A stretch of DNA of 64,000 nt from an uncultured cyanobacterium (lineage in GTDB: Bacteria > Cyanobacteriota > Cyanobacteriia > Cyanobacteriales > Cyanobacteriaceae), in NCBI GenBank assembly GCA_963749915.1, contig CAVVOP010000008.1:256001-320000 (forward strand), in the 5' to 3' direction. The notes below the pieces were generated by a model. That model made no database searches. It was not told where the DNA came from and was given only the letters and a program-made list of their open reading frames with translations. This document shows, in pieces, positions 1-10,310 of this stretch. The position numbers were made by a program, and so were the translations under genes. The first letter of the stretch is position 1; every line of letters starts with the position of its first letter.

Positions 1-759
1 CATGACTCCATTCTCACGGCAGTTAATTTATCGAAAAGTTTTGGTGGCTTGAAAGCGGTGAATAATGCCAGTATAAATGTTAAACTTAACAGCATTACTG
101 GTTTAATTGGTCCTAATGGAGCGGGAAAAAGTACTTTATTCGACCTGCTATCTAATTTTTTGAAGGCTGATAGTGGAAAGATCTTATTTGAAGGTAAAGC
201 CATTGAGGACTCAGCACCCCATCAAATTGCCAGAAAGGGTTTGATTCGCACTTTTCAAGTAGCCAGAGTCTTATCTCGTTTAACCGTACTAGAAAATATG
301 TTATTAGGTACTCAGAATCAAACGGGAGAATTTTTATTCTCCGTGGTGTGGAATCAGGGTGAAATTCGGCGAGAGGAGAAAGAAAATAGGGACAAGGCCA
401 TGAATATCTTGGAATCAGTGGGATTAGCGGAAAAAGCCTATGATTATGCTGGTGCTTTATCCGGTGGACAACGTAAACTATTGGAAATGGCAAGAGCTTT
501 GATGACTAATCCAAAATTAATTTTACTCGATGAACCAGCCGCCGGAGTTAATCCTAGTTTAATCAATAAAATTTGTGAACATATTGTTCACTGGAAGAAA
601 CAGGGCATTTCTTTTCTCATCATCGAGCATAATATGGATGTGATTATGTCTCTTTGTAGTCATGTTTGGGTATTAGCAGAAGGTTCAAATTTAGCAGATG
701 GTAGCCCAGATAAAATCCAAAGTAATCATAAAGTTTTGGAGGCATATCTGGGGGGATAA
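1..759 (+). CDS. livG: Branched-chain/neutral amino acid ABC transporter ATP-binding subunit (LivG/NatA type); reading frame is open to the window edge
   Basis: Walker A GPNGAGKS, RTFQ, LSGGQRK signature, LLDEPAAG, IEHNMD; frame continues upstream as HDSILTAVNLSKSFGGLKAV. Confidence 0.9.
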   Translation, partial: HDSILTAVNLSKSFGGLKAVNNASINVKLNSITGLIGPNGAGKSTLFDLLSNFLKADSGKILFEGKAIEDSAPHQIARKGLIRTFQVARVLSRLTVLENMLLGTQNQTGEFLFSVVWNQGEIRREEKENRDKAMNILESVGLAEKAYDYAGALSGGQRKLLEMARALMTNPKLILLDEPAAGVNPSLINKICEHIVHWKKQGISFLIIEHNMDVIMSLCSHVWVLAEGSNLADGSPDKIQSNHKVLEAYLGG

Positions 760-812
760 GTATTTGATACCAGAGTTCGGAATTTGGATTCACTGATTTT
801 TTCAGCAACCTC

Positions 813-1166
813 TTAATTAGTAGAAACTTTTTCCTGGCACCATGAATAATTAACAGGTTGTTTGCTGAGGACACGATAACGACGATAAAAATTAAAGGAT
901 TCAAATAGTAATCCAGCTATGGCACAAGTGAGTGCAATAGTTAAAATACCAATACTACCCGAACCTTCTCCAAATAATGCCAAAAAATTACATACTTGTT
1001 CATAAACCTTTTCTCCCCATATATTAATCAAAGGTAAATGGGAAACAACTGCCATAAAACCGAGAATGAAAATAAATAAAATAACGGGGGTGGCAAAACT
1101 AACAAGAGTAGTTAATGATAATGAGAAAAATAAAGGTAACCAGATATTCATTGTTTTTTCTCCCAA
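813..1166 (-). CDS. Conserved hypothetical membrane protein
   Basis: 117 aa, hydrophobic segments, FLALFGEG and LFESFNFYR motifs. Confidence 0.65.
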   Translation of the reverse strand: MGEKTMNIWLPLFFSLSLTTLVSFATPVILFIFILGFMAVVSHLPLINIWGEKVYEQVCNFLALFGEGSGSIGILTIALTCAIAGLLFESFNFYRRYRVLSKQPVNYSWCQEKVSTN

Positions 1167-1616
1167 ATGGGAGTTTTAAGGGGGAAGTTAAAAAATTTTA
1201 ATAGTCATAGGATTTTTTGTTTTCTGACTACTTATATAGGGTAGAACTAAAATCTTCAATTGTCATCAATCTGTCAAGAATCTTAAAAAAACATTAAAAA
1301 ACTTGCCAAAATTACCTTAATGATGTAGAAGAAACTTTATTTTTCTTTACAAAATATTATAATCGTCCAATATAAGGGAAAAATGTCATCAAACGTATTA
1401 AGGCGCCACTTCGTGATCGCTTGGCACAAAATCTGGCTATTGTTAAGTTCCTCAGCAGTTTATTATGCTGCTGCATATTTGTCCTCATCCAACGCCATCA
1501 AGTAGAGGTAGAGGTGACGCTAGAGGTAAGGAGAGCCGGCTAACACCGAGTTGGTGCGGACGGTATAAAAGCTTTTTAATCCAGTTTCCCAGAAAAACCC
1601 TCTTGAGCTACAAATT

Positions 1617-2276
1617 TTAATAAAGGCTAAAAGAAGGACAAGAAACTTTTGTACCTCCTAAACCACAGTAACCGTTGGGATTTTTCGCTAAGTATTGTTG
1701 ATGATAACCCTCGGCAAAATAAAATTCAGGTGCGGGGATGATTTCTGTGGTAATTTCTCCATAACCAGCTTTCTTTAACTCCGATTGAAATAGAATTTTT
1801 GATTTTTCCGCCAAGGTTTGTTGTTCGCCAGAATAAGTATAAATACCTGAACGATATTGAGTACCCTTATCATTACCTTGACGCATACCCTGAGTGGGAT
1901 CATGATTTTCCCAGAAAACCTTTAATAAAGTCTCATAGGAGATGATATTGGGATCATAAACCACTTTTACCACCTCATTATGACCCGTTCTGCCGCTACA
2001 AACCTCCTCATAGGTAGGATTTGGGGTCAAACCTGCTGCATAACCGGCGGCAGTGAGATAAATGCCCTTTTCCAGTTGCCAGAACTTTCTCTCAGCACCC
2101 CAAAAACAACCCATGCCAAACATCGCCAATTCCATTGTTTCAGGATAAGGCGGACTCATGGGATTACCGTTAACATAATGTTGATTCGGGATGGGCATAG
2201 TTTCACTTCTTCCGGGTAACACTTCCTCTGGGGTAGGAAAGGTTAATTTTTTGTCTCCTAATCCAAATAAAAACAT
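1617..2276 (-). CDS. msrA: Peptide-methionine (S)-S-oxide reductase MsrA
   Basis: [40 protein letters not shown]; start taken as MFLFGLG. Confidence 0.95.
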   Translation of the reverse strand: MFLFGLGDKKLTFPTPEEVLPGRSETMPIPNQHYVNGNPMSPPYPETMELAMFGMGCFWGAERKFWQLEKGIYLTAAGYAAGLTPNPTYEEVCSGRTGHNEVVKVVYDPNIISYETLLKVFWENHDPTQGMRQGNDKGTQYRSGIYTYSGEQQTLAEKSKILFQSELKKAGYGEITTEIIPAPEFYFAEGYHQQYLAKNPNGYCGLGGTKVSCPSFSLY

Positions 2277-2513
2277 GATTCTTAATAGTAAATAATAGAT
2301 AATCAATTATAGACCTCCTGCCGCTAATTCTGCCAACACCGGATTTTAGTCATTATTTCTGGATAAATCTTTTTTAATTCTTTTTCTATCTTCGATAAAG
2401 TCTATTTGAAAACAGACCACTATGTCCTTTGCGTAAATCCTGTTAAACTTAAAAAAGTTCCACAAATACCAAGAGTTTTTGACCACAACCAAGCAACGGG
2501 GGTAAACCAAACC

Positions 2514-3497
2514 ATGCAGGCCATGATTTTAAAAGCTGCCAAGGAGAGACTATGTGCCGAGTCGGTTCCCATTCCTCGACCATCACCTCAACAAGTGTTA
2601 GTCAAGGTTCAAGCTTGTGGGTTATGTCGTACTGATTTACATATTGTTGATGGAGAATTAACCCCAGCTAAGTTTCCTCTGATTTTGGGACATCAGATTG
2701 TGGGAATAGTTGAGGAGATAGGATCACAAGTCCAGAAATTTTCCCCAGGTGACCTAGTAGGAGTGCCTTGGTTGGGAGCCACCTGTCAACATTGTCATTA
2801 CTGTCGAACTCGGCGGGAAAATCTTTGTGATCAAGCAAGATTCACTGGGTATCAACTAGATGGAGGTTATGCGGAATACAGCGTAGCCAATGAACAGTTT
2901 TGTTTTGCCATTCCCAAAAAATATCCTGCGCTACAGGCCGCTCCACTATTATGTGCGGGTTTAATTGGTTATCGTTCTTACCGCCTAGTTGGCGAAGGCC
3001 AAAAACTGGGCTTTTATGGTTTTGGAGCCGCTGCCCATATTCTCATCCAAGTTGCCCTTCATCAAGGTCGGCAGGTTTATGCTTTTACTCGGCCAGGAGA
3101 TCGTCAGGGACAGGAATTTGCTCGTTCGCTGGGAGCGGTTTGGGCTGGAGGTTCAGATGAAAAACCTCCGGAGATTCTCGATGGAGCGATTATCTTTGCA
3201 CCAGTCGGGTCATTAGTTCCTAAGGCCTTGAGGGCGATAGCTAAAGGGGGAGTAGTAGTTTGTGCTGGCATCCATATGAGTGACATTCCTTCATTTCCCT
3301 ACCAGATTTTGTGGGGAGAACGAGTCTTACGCTCTGTCGCTAACCTTACTCGTCAAGATGGGGAAGAATTTTTAGCTTTAGCTCCACAAATTCCCATTCA
3401 AACACAAGTATCTTCTTTCCCTCTTACTGAAGCCAATGAAGCACTAGAGTATCTCCGAAGTGGAAAGATAAAAGGAGCTGCCGTCTTGGTTCCATAG
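2514..3497 (+). CDS. Zinc-dependent alcohol dehydrogenase family protein
   Basis: CGLCRTDLH, GHQIVG, CxxCxxC..C zinc cluster, GFYGFGAAAH; likely start MQAMIL at 2514. Confidence 0.9.
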   Translation: MQAMILKAAKERLCAESVPIPRPSPQQVLVKVQACGLCRTDLHIVDGELTPAKFPLILGHQIVGIVEEIGSQVQKFSPGDLVGVPWLGATCQHCHYCRTRRENLCDQARFTGYQLDGGYAEYSVANEQFCFAIPKKYPALQAAPLLCAGLIGYRSYRLVGEGQKLGFYGFGAAAHILIQVALHQGRQVYAFTRPGDRQGQEFARSLGAVWAGGSDEKPPEILDGAIIFAPVGSLVPKALRAIAKGGVVVCAGIHMSDIPSFPYQILWGERVLRSVANLTRQDGEEFLALAPQIPIQTQVSSFPLTEANEALEYLRSGKIKGAAVLVP

Positions 3498-3609
3498 TCC
3501 ATGTGTTGATAATTTATCTTCTCCAAAAATTTCTTTCCTCCTGCCTCCTTTTGACTTTTCCTTCACCGTAATGTTTTCGGCACGCTTCCGAGCAGTATTG
3601 CTATCTATT

Positions 3610-4257
3610 CTATTGTCCAACCTGAAGGATTTGTTCTACCGTTAAACTTAAGTTGGGAAAAGATGGCGATCGCAAAACATCTTGACCTTTAAATAACTCC
3701 ACAGTATATTCTCCTTCCACTAAATGATAAACAGAAATAGTGGGTTGTTTGGGATCACCAATATAGCGTCTTCCCCCTAATCCTAAATAGTCAATAATCC
3801 AATATTCCCCGATGCCTAACTTTTCATACTCTCCTAACTTCATTAAATAATCATCCTGCCAATTAGTGCTTACAACCTCCATCGCCAATTTAACACTTGT
3901 ACCATGAGTGATAGTCGATCGCTTTTTCCACATGGGTTCATTATGGTTCACAGAATCACTATCTAATACCATGACATCAGGAATATAAGCTGATTTCTCG
4001 GAATCCATCGCCTTTATCAGTCCTTGTCGAGGGATAAATAAAGGCAAATTCAGACGATCAATGTAAACTGATAGTTTTGAAGCCAAAAAACCTGCTACTT
4101 GTTCGTGAGTGCCAGTAGGTTGCATTTTGATAATAACTCCATCATGTAATTCGAATCGCCCATAATAACCATCGGGATACCAGTCAAGAAACTCTTCCAA
4201 AGTAATTAATTGAGGCTCTTGTGTCGGATCAGTATTAGTTTTTTCTCGAACAAACAT
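3610..4257 (-). CDS. Uma2 family (PD-(D/E)XK) putative endonuclease
   Basis: RFELHDG, IPDVMVLD, EVVSTNW, K..EYEKLGIGEYWIID. Confidence 0.85.
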   Translation of the reverse strand: MFVREKTNTDPTQEPQLITLEEFLDWYPDGYYGRFELHDGVIIKMQPTGTHEQVAGFLASKLSVYIDRLNLPLFIPRQGLIKAMDSEKSAYIPDVMVLDSDSVNHNEPMWKKRSTITHGTSVKLAMEVVSTNWQDDYLMKLGEYEKLGIGEYWIIDYLGLGGRRYIGDPKQPTISVYHLVEGEYTVELFKGQDVLRSPSFPNLSLTVEQILQVGQ

Positions 4258-4337
4258 ATTTGCTACTCCTACCCATTGGTGTCAAGTTAAAGAACGAATA
4301 TTAATTCTAAGGGTAACTCAGAACTGTGAACTTAGAT

Positions 4338-4462
4338 CTCACTTTTCACGGCATTTTTTTCGTTAAAACAAGAGGGGGGAGAGGGAAGAAAAATCCAATA
4401 CTTCCCACACTTCCCACACCGACCACACTCATGACCGCCAGAAAGATCCCGTGAAAAGTAAG
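4338..4462. mobile_element. MITE with CTCACTTTTCACGG...CCGTGAAAAGTAAG terminal inverted repeats
   Basis: Inverted repeats at both ends; same TIR family as 26195..26749. Confidence 0.7.
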
Positions 4463-4523
4463 CGCAGTATTGGGCTGGGATATAATTTAATTTCATAGCC
4501 TTTTTAATCACTGGAGTTTAGTC

Positions 4524-5201
4524 ATGAAACCCCCCCTAATCCCACCTTTAGAAAATGGCGATCGCCTTAATCGTTTCGAGTTTGAAAAACGCTCTGGGAT
4601 GATGCCTGAACAAAAAAAAATAGAATTAATTAATGGAGTAGTATATATGGCGGCGGCGGCGTTAAGATATAAAGGTCATGGTTTACCCCATAGTTTGATC
4701 ATGACTTGGTTAGGTTTTTATGTAGCAAATACCCCCGGAGTTGAACTAGCGGATAATGCCACCATCAGATTAGACTTAGACAATCAACCGCAACCCGATG
4801 CCCTTGTGAGAATAAAATCAGAATTGGGGGGACAATCGAGAATTAGTAACGATGATTATATCGAAGGTGCACCGGAATTGATTGTCGAAATAGCAGGTTC
4901 TAGTGCTTCCTATGATTTATACGACAAGCTACAGGTCTATCGCCGTCATGGAGTTAAAGAATATATCGTTTGGCAAGTCTATGATCAAAAAATCGATTGG
5001 TTTTATCTGGATCAAGGCAAATATCTTCAATTGGAACCAGATTCTTCCGGATTGATTGAAAGTCAAATATTTCCGGGATTAGTTCTGTCGATGACTTCTC
5101 TTCTTGACTATAATTTGGCAGAAGTTTTATCGGAATTAGGAAAACATTTGAACACAGAAAAACATCTAACTTTTATTAAGCAGTTACAGCAGAAAAATTA
5201 A
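4524..5201 (+). CDS. Uma2 family putative endonuclease
   Basis: PLENGDRL, ELINGVVYM, PQPD, PELIVEIA, K..VYRRHGVKEYIVW. Confidence 0.85.
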   Translation: MKPPLIPPLENGDRLNRFEFEKRSGMMPEQKKIELINGVVYMAAAALRYKGHGLPHSLIMTWLGFYVANTPGVELADNATIRLDLDNQPQPDALVRIKSELGGQSRISNDDYIEGAPELIVEIAGSSASYDLYDKLQVYRRHGVKEYIVWQVYDQKIDWFYLDQGKYLQLEPDSSGLIESQIFPGLVLSMTSLLDYNLAEVLSELGKHLNTEKHLTFIKQLQQKN

Positions 5202-5606
5202 TCTAGCAAAATTATCAACTTGTTGAGATTTATGGTTATGAGCCGGGGATAGAAAGCCTCTGATTAGAAGCGCTATCGCCAGATTCCTTTCCAGGAAAGG
5301 GTTTCGAAAATTTTCTCAAATCTTCATGAATAATGCAGGTTCAGGAAATATAATTGTTGGAGGGGGTAAGGCAAAAGGGAAGAAATTCGGGCAAATAAAA
5401 ATTAGTAAAAAATAATCAAAAAAAAAAGGTTTTCTATATTTATTATTTATTATTTATTATTTATTATAGTATTGTTGGGGAAATAAACAGCACAAACGCA
5501 ACTTCTCAATTAACTTCTTAGAAATGCTTAAAAATCTATTCAGCAAAGTAATCTAGAAAAAATTATGCTAATCTCTTTTGACAGAAAAATTCTCTTTATT
5601 CATATT

Positions 5607-5929
5607 CCCGAACTTCCCCCGTACAAAAGTATTGAATAACAACTAAAACCCTTATCAGTTAATTGCGGAAAAGAATAAACAGCAAAGAGAGGCATTATTA
5701 TTGGACTTTATTAGAAGATTTAGGGACAATTTGTCTTGTGGAAGTAGAATGTAATTTGGCTCAGGGAAAGTCTAGTTTCCAGACCATTACTCGACCAACA
5801 CGATTACAACAAAAGGCATTAGATTTGGTGGAGATTTCCTTAATTTGTCCCCAGTAAATAGGGGGAGATAAGTGGTTCAAAACTTTACACAGCAAAGGTT
5901 TTCGTTTTTGTCAAAGGGGGAAGTTCGGG
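5607..5929 (+). mobile_element. Internally deleted IS1634-family element (about 320 bp) retaining the transposase C-terminus
   Basis: TIRs CCCGAACTTCCCCC (5607) and GGGGGAAGTTCGGG (ends 5929); TLLEDLGTI..ITRPTRLQQKALDL remnant at 5663..5857. Confidence 0.7.
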
Positions 5930-6411
5930 AATACACCAAAAACAGCCTCTAAATTTGCAAAAACTCTAGCTGCCTGACTCACTGGTGTTATCTCTCCATA
6001 ACCAACAGTTGTAAGGGTTGTAAAACTAAAGTACAGTAGGTCAAAAATATGGAAGGAATTTAGTGGACTTGAAAAAGAGTCAGGATTTACGGCTAGAATA
6101 ATTTCATAGAGAATAGTCCATAAATAAGGGCTCAACAGGTAAATACAAATTCTTCCAATTAAGGTGTCGGCAGTAACAGCTTCTTCCATAAAAACTTGAT
6201 GAATCATCAGAACCATGGACAAGACAATAAAAGCTGCAGACATTGCATTAGGAAAAATTGATAATACCGGAAAATCCCCCGCATTGAAAACTGTCAGATA
6301 GGCAATGTTTGTTACGCCAGTAATTGCAGTTAAGATCAGATATAGATAGTAAACCTTCTTGTGAGAGAAAAAACTGTGAATTGCTAATGCAATGGCTGTA
6401 ATGAGTAGCAC
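5930..6411 (-). pseudogene. Potassium channel family protein (pore domain), truncated at both ends
   Basis: LYFSFTTLTTVGYGEITP selectivity filter; C-terminus cut by the IS at 5929, N-terminus replaced by Tn3 sequence. Confidence 0.8.
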
Positions 6412-6419
6412 TGTTAGGA

Positions 6420-6800
6420 TTTATTGGGATACGCTCGGAGAGATCTAACTTAAACGTCCCATAGGGATTGACATGACTGAAAATCAAAGGAGTGATTGCC
6501 CGTAAATCACTCTGGTTAAGTCTTTTTTTTCCCAGTGGGGTTGAGCCAAAACTTTTTGAATCATTAAGGTATTTACATAGACCAAACAGATCTGCAATAG
6601 ATGCAAAGATAATGCCGATAATTCCTGACTTTCTAAACGATTAGAAGCAAACTCTCCTCCTTTGCCATAGAAGATAAAATCATTAACTCCATTCCATCTC
6701 TCTACCACATTTAAGCCTTCATTTACTTCCCGTCGGACTGCTTCTGAATGGAGATATTGACAAAGAAAGATCGTTTTAATGGCCCGACCTAATTCCATAG
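6420..6800 (-). pseudogene. Tn3-family transposase C-terminal fragment, frameshifted
   Basis: [44 protein letters not shown], then IFSHVNPYGTFKLDL in another frame. Confidence 0.85.
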
Positions 6801-6934
6801 GTAATAAAAGCGGGGTCGCTGTTCGTCGCATTTCCCCAGCCGTACCGGTCTCCTTTGACGGCTTCACAAATGGCGACACTTCGAGCGAGTCGCACAACTT
6901 GAAAGCTACCGTGTGGTGAAGTTTCTAAGATCAT
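6800..6934 (-). pseudogene. 5' fragment of a small hypothetical gene ([34 protein letters not shown]) cut by Tn3 sequence
   Basis: GAGGT Shine-Dalgarno ahead of the ATG at 6934; open frame up to the Tn3 junction. Confidence 0.4.
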
Positions 6935-7003
6935 GATTAATACCTCATTTATTTTTGGCGATTTGGCGAGGCGGGTGAAAGTAACAACCTCGCCTGAGAA
7001 TGG

Positions 7004-7222
7004 TTATGCGGCTAATCTCTCAGTATTCAGTTCGAGATTAAAAATTTCTCGTTGTAAGAAGCTTGAATGTTGGTAATTCCATTCAATTTCTGACAATTCG
7101 TAGCACAGCCAATCAGAAAGGATCTTGGCGATCTCTTCAGATGAACTAATCAGATCTTTTTCTTCCTTCAGAAGTTTGGCAGCTTCCAAAATTTCGTCAG
7201 TGAGATTAAATTGATTTATCAT
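7004..7222 (-). CDS. Small hypothetical protein, mobile-element type
   Basis: 72 aa MINQFNL...ERLAA with an AAAGAGGT Shine-Dalgarno. Confidence 0.55.
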   Translation of the reverse strand: MINQFNLTDEILEAAKLLKEEKDLISSSEEIAKILSDWLCYELSEIEWNYQHSSFLQREIFNLELNTERLAA

Positions 7223-7520
7223 GTTAATTACCTCTTTCGTAGCCGGACGGTGGGATAACCAAACGAGATTAATAACCTTCTCAACCTTGATTATTAATTG
7301 GGACGCTCTGAGATTACATGCCATATAAATCGAATACTATTCCTCGCCAGGTATCAGAAATAGATATTGGATCTGCACCATTACTTCCAGAAATTATCTC
7401 GCTCAGATCTCCGAGTTCTTTCCCACCCTGACTTGAAAGTCACCACTTTCATCTCTGATGGTGAAATTTTTTCATCCGGACTGCCTTGAGTCGGAGTCGG
7501 AATACTCCATAGTAATAACC

Positions 7521-7548
7521 TTGACTTTATGCCAAAATGGCATATAAT
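7521..7548 (+). promoter_or_regulatory. Sigma70 promoter with an overlapping palindromic operator for the toxin-antitoxin operon
   Basis: TTGACT (7521), 16 nt, TATAAT (7543); palindrome TATGCCA-AAA-TGGCATA at 7528..7544. Confidence 0.7.
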
Positions 7549-7554
7549 CTAAAT

Positions 7555-7914
7555 ATGAAATGGATAGTTTTGTACCACGATGAGTTCGACACTTGGTTTA
7601 ACGAGCAACAGGAAGACTTGCAAGATGCGGTCTTGTTCTCGCTTGAGCTTCTTCAAGCTGAAGGGCCAATGCTCGGACGGCCTTATGTTGATACCGTTAA
7701 AGGGAGTAGGTATCCGAATATGAAAGAGCTTCGGGTTCAACACAAGGGAGAGCCTTGGAGGGTTTTCTTTGCCTTCGACCCAAAACGAAGAGCTATCATT
7801 TTGGTTGGAGGCAATAAGACGGGAAAGGGGTCTGATTGGTACAAGGAAAATATCCGTATCGCCGACCAGAGATTTAAACAACACCTAAACACGATCAAGG
7901 AGGAGGGACAATGA
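7555..7914 (+). CDS. Type II toxin, RelE/HigB-like (Gp49/DUF891 type)
   Basis: GPMLGRPYVDTVKGSRYPNMKELRV, RVFFAFDPKRRAIILVGGNK; likely start MKWIV at 7555. Confidence 0.9.
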   Translation: MKWIVLYHDEFDTWFNEQQEDLQDAVLFSLELLQAEGPMLGRPYVDTVKGSRYPNMKELRVQHKGEPWRVFFAFDPKRRAIILVGGNKTGKGSDWYKENIRIADQRFKQHLNTIKEEGQ

Positions 7915-8252
7915 TTAGTCACGAAGAGAAAATGGCTTCCCTGTCCCCAGAAAGGAGGGCACGCATACAAGCACGAGCTACAGAAGCTCTCAAAGAGATA
8001 CGAACCATTCGAGAACTTCGTTCCCATCTTGGTCTCACCCAAGAGGAATTTGCTGAAAAAGTAGGAGTATCTCAGTCTCGAATCTCCCGATTAGAGAATG
8101 GCTCCCGGGGTCTTACCTTTGAAGACTTTTCAAGCTTCGTGCTTTCTCTTGGGGGGGAGTGGGAGCTAACCGTAAAACTACCCGATCTCGGCTCCATTCA
8201 GGTTATGGGAAGTGCTGACTTCTCTCCTGAATCAAGGGAGCACTCGCAATGA
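7911..8252 (+). CDS. HigA-like XRE helix-turn-helix antitoxin
   Basis: LRSHLGLTQEEFAEKVGVSQSRISRLENG; ATGA overlap with the toxin stop. Confidence 0.85.
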   Translation: MISHEEKMASLSPERRARIQARATEALKEIRTIRELRSHLGLTQEEFAEKVGVSQSRISRLENGSRGLTFEDFSSFVLSLGGEWELTVKLPDLGSIQVMGSADFSPESREHSQ

Positions 8253-9038
8253 GTTTCTCTTTTTAGCCCAAATTAAGGCTCTTTCTCACTTTTGGTGATG
8301 AATGGCTAAAGTGATCGGGGTGGTTTTAATCAGTTTGAGAGGGGTGTGGTCAAATGTCGTTGGTCATATTAAACGGCGATCGCCAAACTAAAATTTAAAC
8401 CACAGCCCACCTTGCCAAAACCGTACAGTAAGCGTATGATGCGATAAGAGAAAGAGAATAGTTTTTCGCAATTGAATAGGGATCATTTTAAGCGATTAAA
8501 GGTTTTGCTGAGGAAGTATATGTTTGCCAGAAATCATCCCACCAATCATTGGCAGGAATCACTCTGAGAGCTAACATAACCTGAGTTCGATATAGGAAAA
8601 TAGCCTTAAAGCCCTAATAGATATTGGTTTTTACTTTTCGCTATTTTTGATTACTTTACAATTCTTAACACATTGCAAGAGCATGACCCCCAAAATCAGT
8701 TAATTTTTGTCAAGAAATCTTAAGTTTTATTTCTAATTACTCTGGCTCTTCTACAGTGAGTATGACAAATTAAGTGCAAAAACAAAGTCACAAAATGGTA
8801 AAATTTTACACAAATGAAGCGATCAGTTCTGATAAATAGCTGCTACCCCGCTTTTAACTATTAGGAAAATTAATCAAATTTTTAAATAAAACCACAATTT
8901 TTATCTTATGCCTTCTAATTCCTCTCTTCATCCTATCACTAAACTTATTAATTTTGAGGGGGTCAAAGCGACTGATTACCATTTTATTACTGACAACGAA
9001 ATTTTAATTACATTATCGAATCAAACATCAGAGTCAGC

Positions 9039-9345
9039 TTTCCCGCACCTTTTTTACGCCGTTGTCTGCGAGTGAGAATGCCCGAACCCAATGATGTTAA
9101 GTTTTTAACCGAAGTGGTTAATGCCCATTTTCTCGAAGAATTAGGAGCAGAAAATTGGCAACATAGTCAAACAATTATTACCAAATTGATTGAAGATTTT
9201 GTGGCAGAGGAGAAAGGAGAACAAGTTGCCACCGATCAATTACTCAATACCATATATCTTTTTTCCCGCCAAATCAAGCCCGACTCCACCCACGACTAGG
9301 GAATCTCTGGAAAAACTACTGCTTAAACGTTTAGATAGTGCCTAG
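9039..9345 (+). pseudogene. MoxR-type AAA+ ATPase C-terminal fragment
   Basis: FPAPFLRRCLRVRMP, VVNAHF, ATDQLLNTIYL; no N-terminus; stop/frameshift near 9297-9301. Confidence 0.65.
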
Positions 9346-9458
9346 ATAGTGCCGCTGACCAATGAAACCCAACATCTAGTGGTGGAATGTAGAATAGAGA
9401 ATTCAGAATTAATAGTATTTTAAGATCATAAATAAGAATTAAAAGGAAAGCCAAAACT

Positions 9459-9995
9459 ATGATAGTCTCTCTCTCTAAAGAAAATTTAACTCTAGAAGAC
9501 TTTATTGCTAATCCTCCCGTAGGAAAAGAATGGTTTGACGGCAATTTATTAGAAAAAACAGGTATGACCATTAGACATAGTAAAATCCAAGCGAATTTAG
9601 CCTATTACTGGAAAAGTTATCTCTTAGAATCAGGACAAGGAGGAGAAGTCTATGTCGAATTTCCTTGCATTACTACTAATCAAGGTCGTCGTCCTGATAT
9701 TTGTTATTTAACTCCAGAATTAGTGGAACAGTTTGGCGATAATGCCACCTTACCTCAAAGTCCTCCTCTGATTGCCGAAATTGCCTCTCCTACTGATTAT
9801 GCTGAAGATTTATTTACCAAAGCCACAGAATATTTAGAATCAGGTTGTTTAGAGGTTTGGTTAGTTTTTCCTGAAAGTAATCGGCTTTTAATTATTACCC
9901 AGACTCAAACTCTAGCTTTTCATAGCCCTGATGAAGTTAGCACTGAAAAAGTATTATTGGGCTTTTGTATTTCATTAAGTAAGCTATTTAAGTGA
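9459..9995 (+). CDS. Uma2 family putative endonuclease
   Basis: EWFDGNLLEK, RRPDI, LIAEIASP, K..EYLESGCLEVWLV. Confidence 0.85.
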   Translation: MIVSLSKENLTLEDFIANPPVGKEWFDGNLLEKTGMTIRHSKIQANLAYYWKSYLLESGQGGEVYVEFPCITTNQGRRPDICYLTPELVEQFGDNATLPQSPPLIAEIASPTDYAEDLFTKATEYLESGCLEVWLVFPESNRLLIITQTQTLAFHSPDEVSTEKVLLGFCISLSKLFK

Positions 9996-10139
9996 ATTTA
10001 GAATTAGTAAAACAAACATTTTATTTCTGAAATAGAAGCATTATTAACTTTAATTTTCACCTTTTGCCTTCTCATACAAAACAATTTAGCCAAACTTGTG
10101 CTCCAACTTTTACCCCCATCTCGCTCTTTACCTACTCCC

Positions 10140-10310
10140 ATCTCCCCTTTCCTGTTTCGCCAAAACCCCCACAGCCTCATCAAGTCGGTATTTACACCCG
10201 TTCTCCCAGTCAAACTCCAACCTCAGCCCCAGAAGGATATAGTCCGTTGCCAGTCCCTGATGCCCGTGCTTTAAACCATCCCCTCGACTTACTCAAAGCC
10301 CTCAAACCCC
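10140..10310 (+). pseudogene. Fragment resembling the SAV_2336-type N-terminal (vWA-associated) domain
   Basis: Pro-rich linker then PLPVPDARALNHPLDLLKALKPL; lies downstream of the MoxR remnant. Confidence 0.45.

Noticed and set aside
8578..9020. AACCTGAGTTCGAT IS-like end and the AT-rich tract after it
   Set aside because: No complete matching end or transposase remnant could be established
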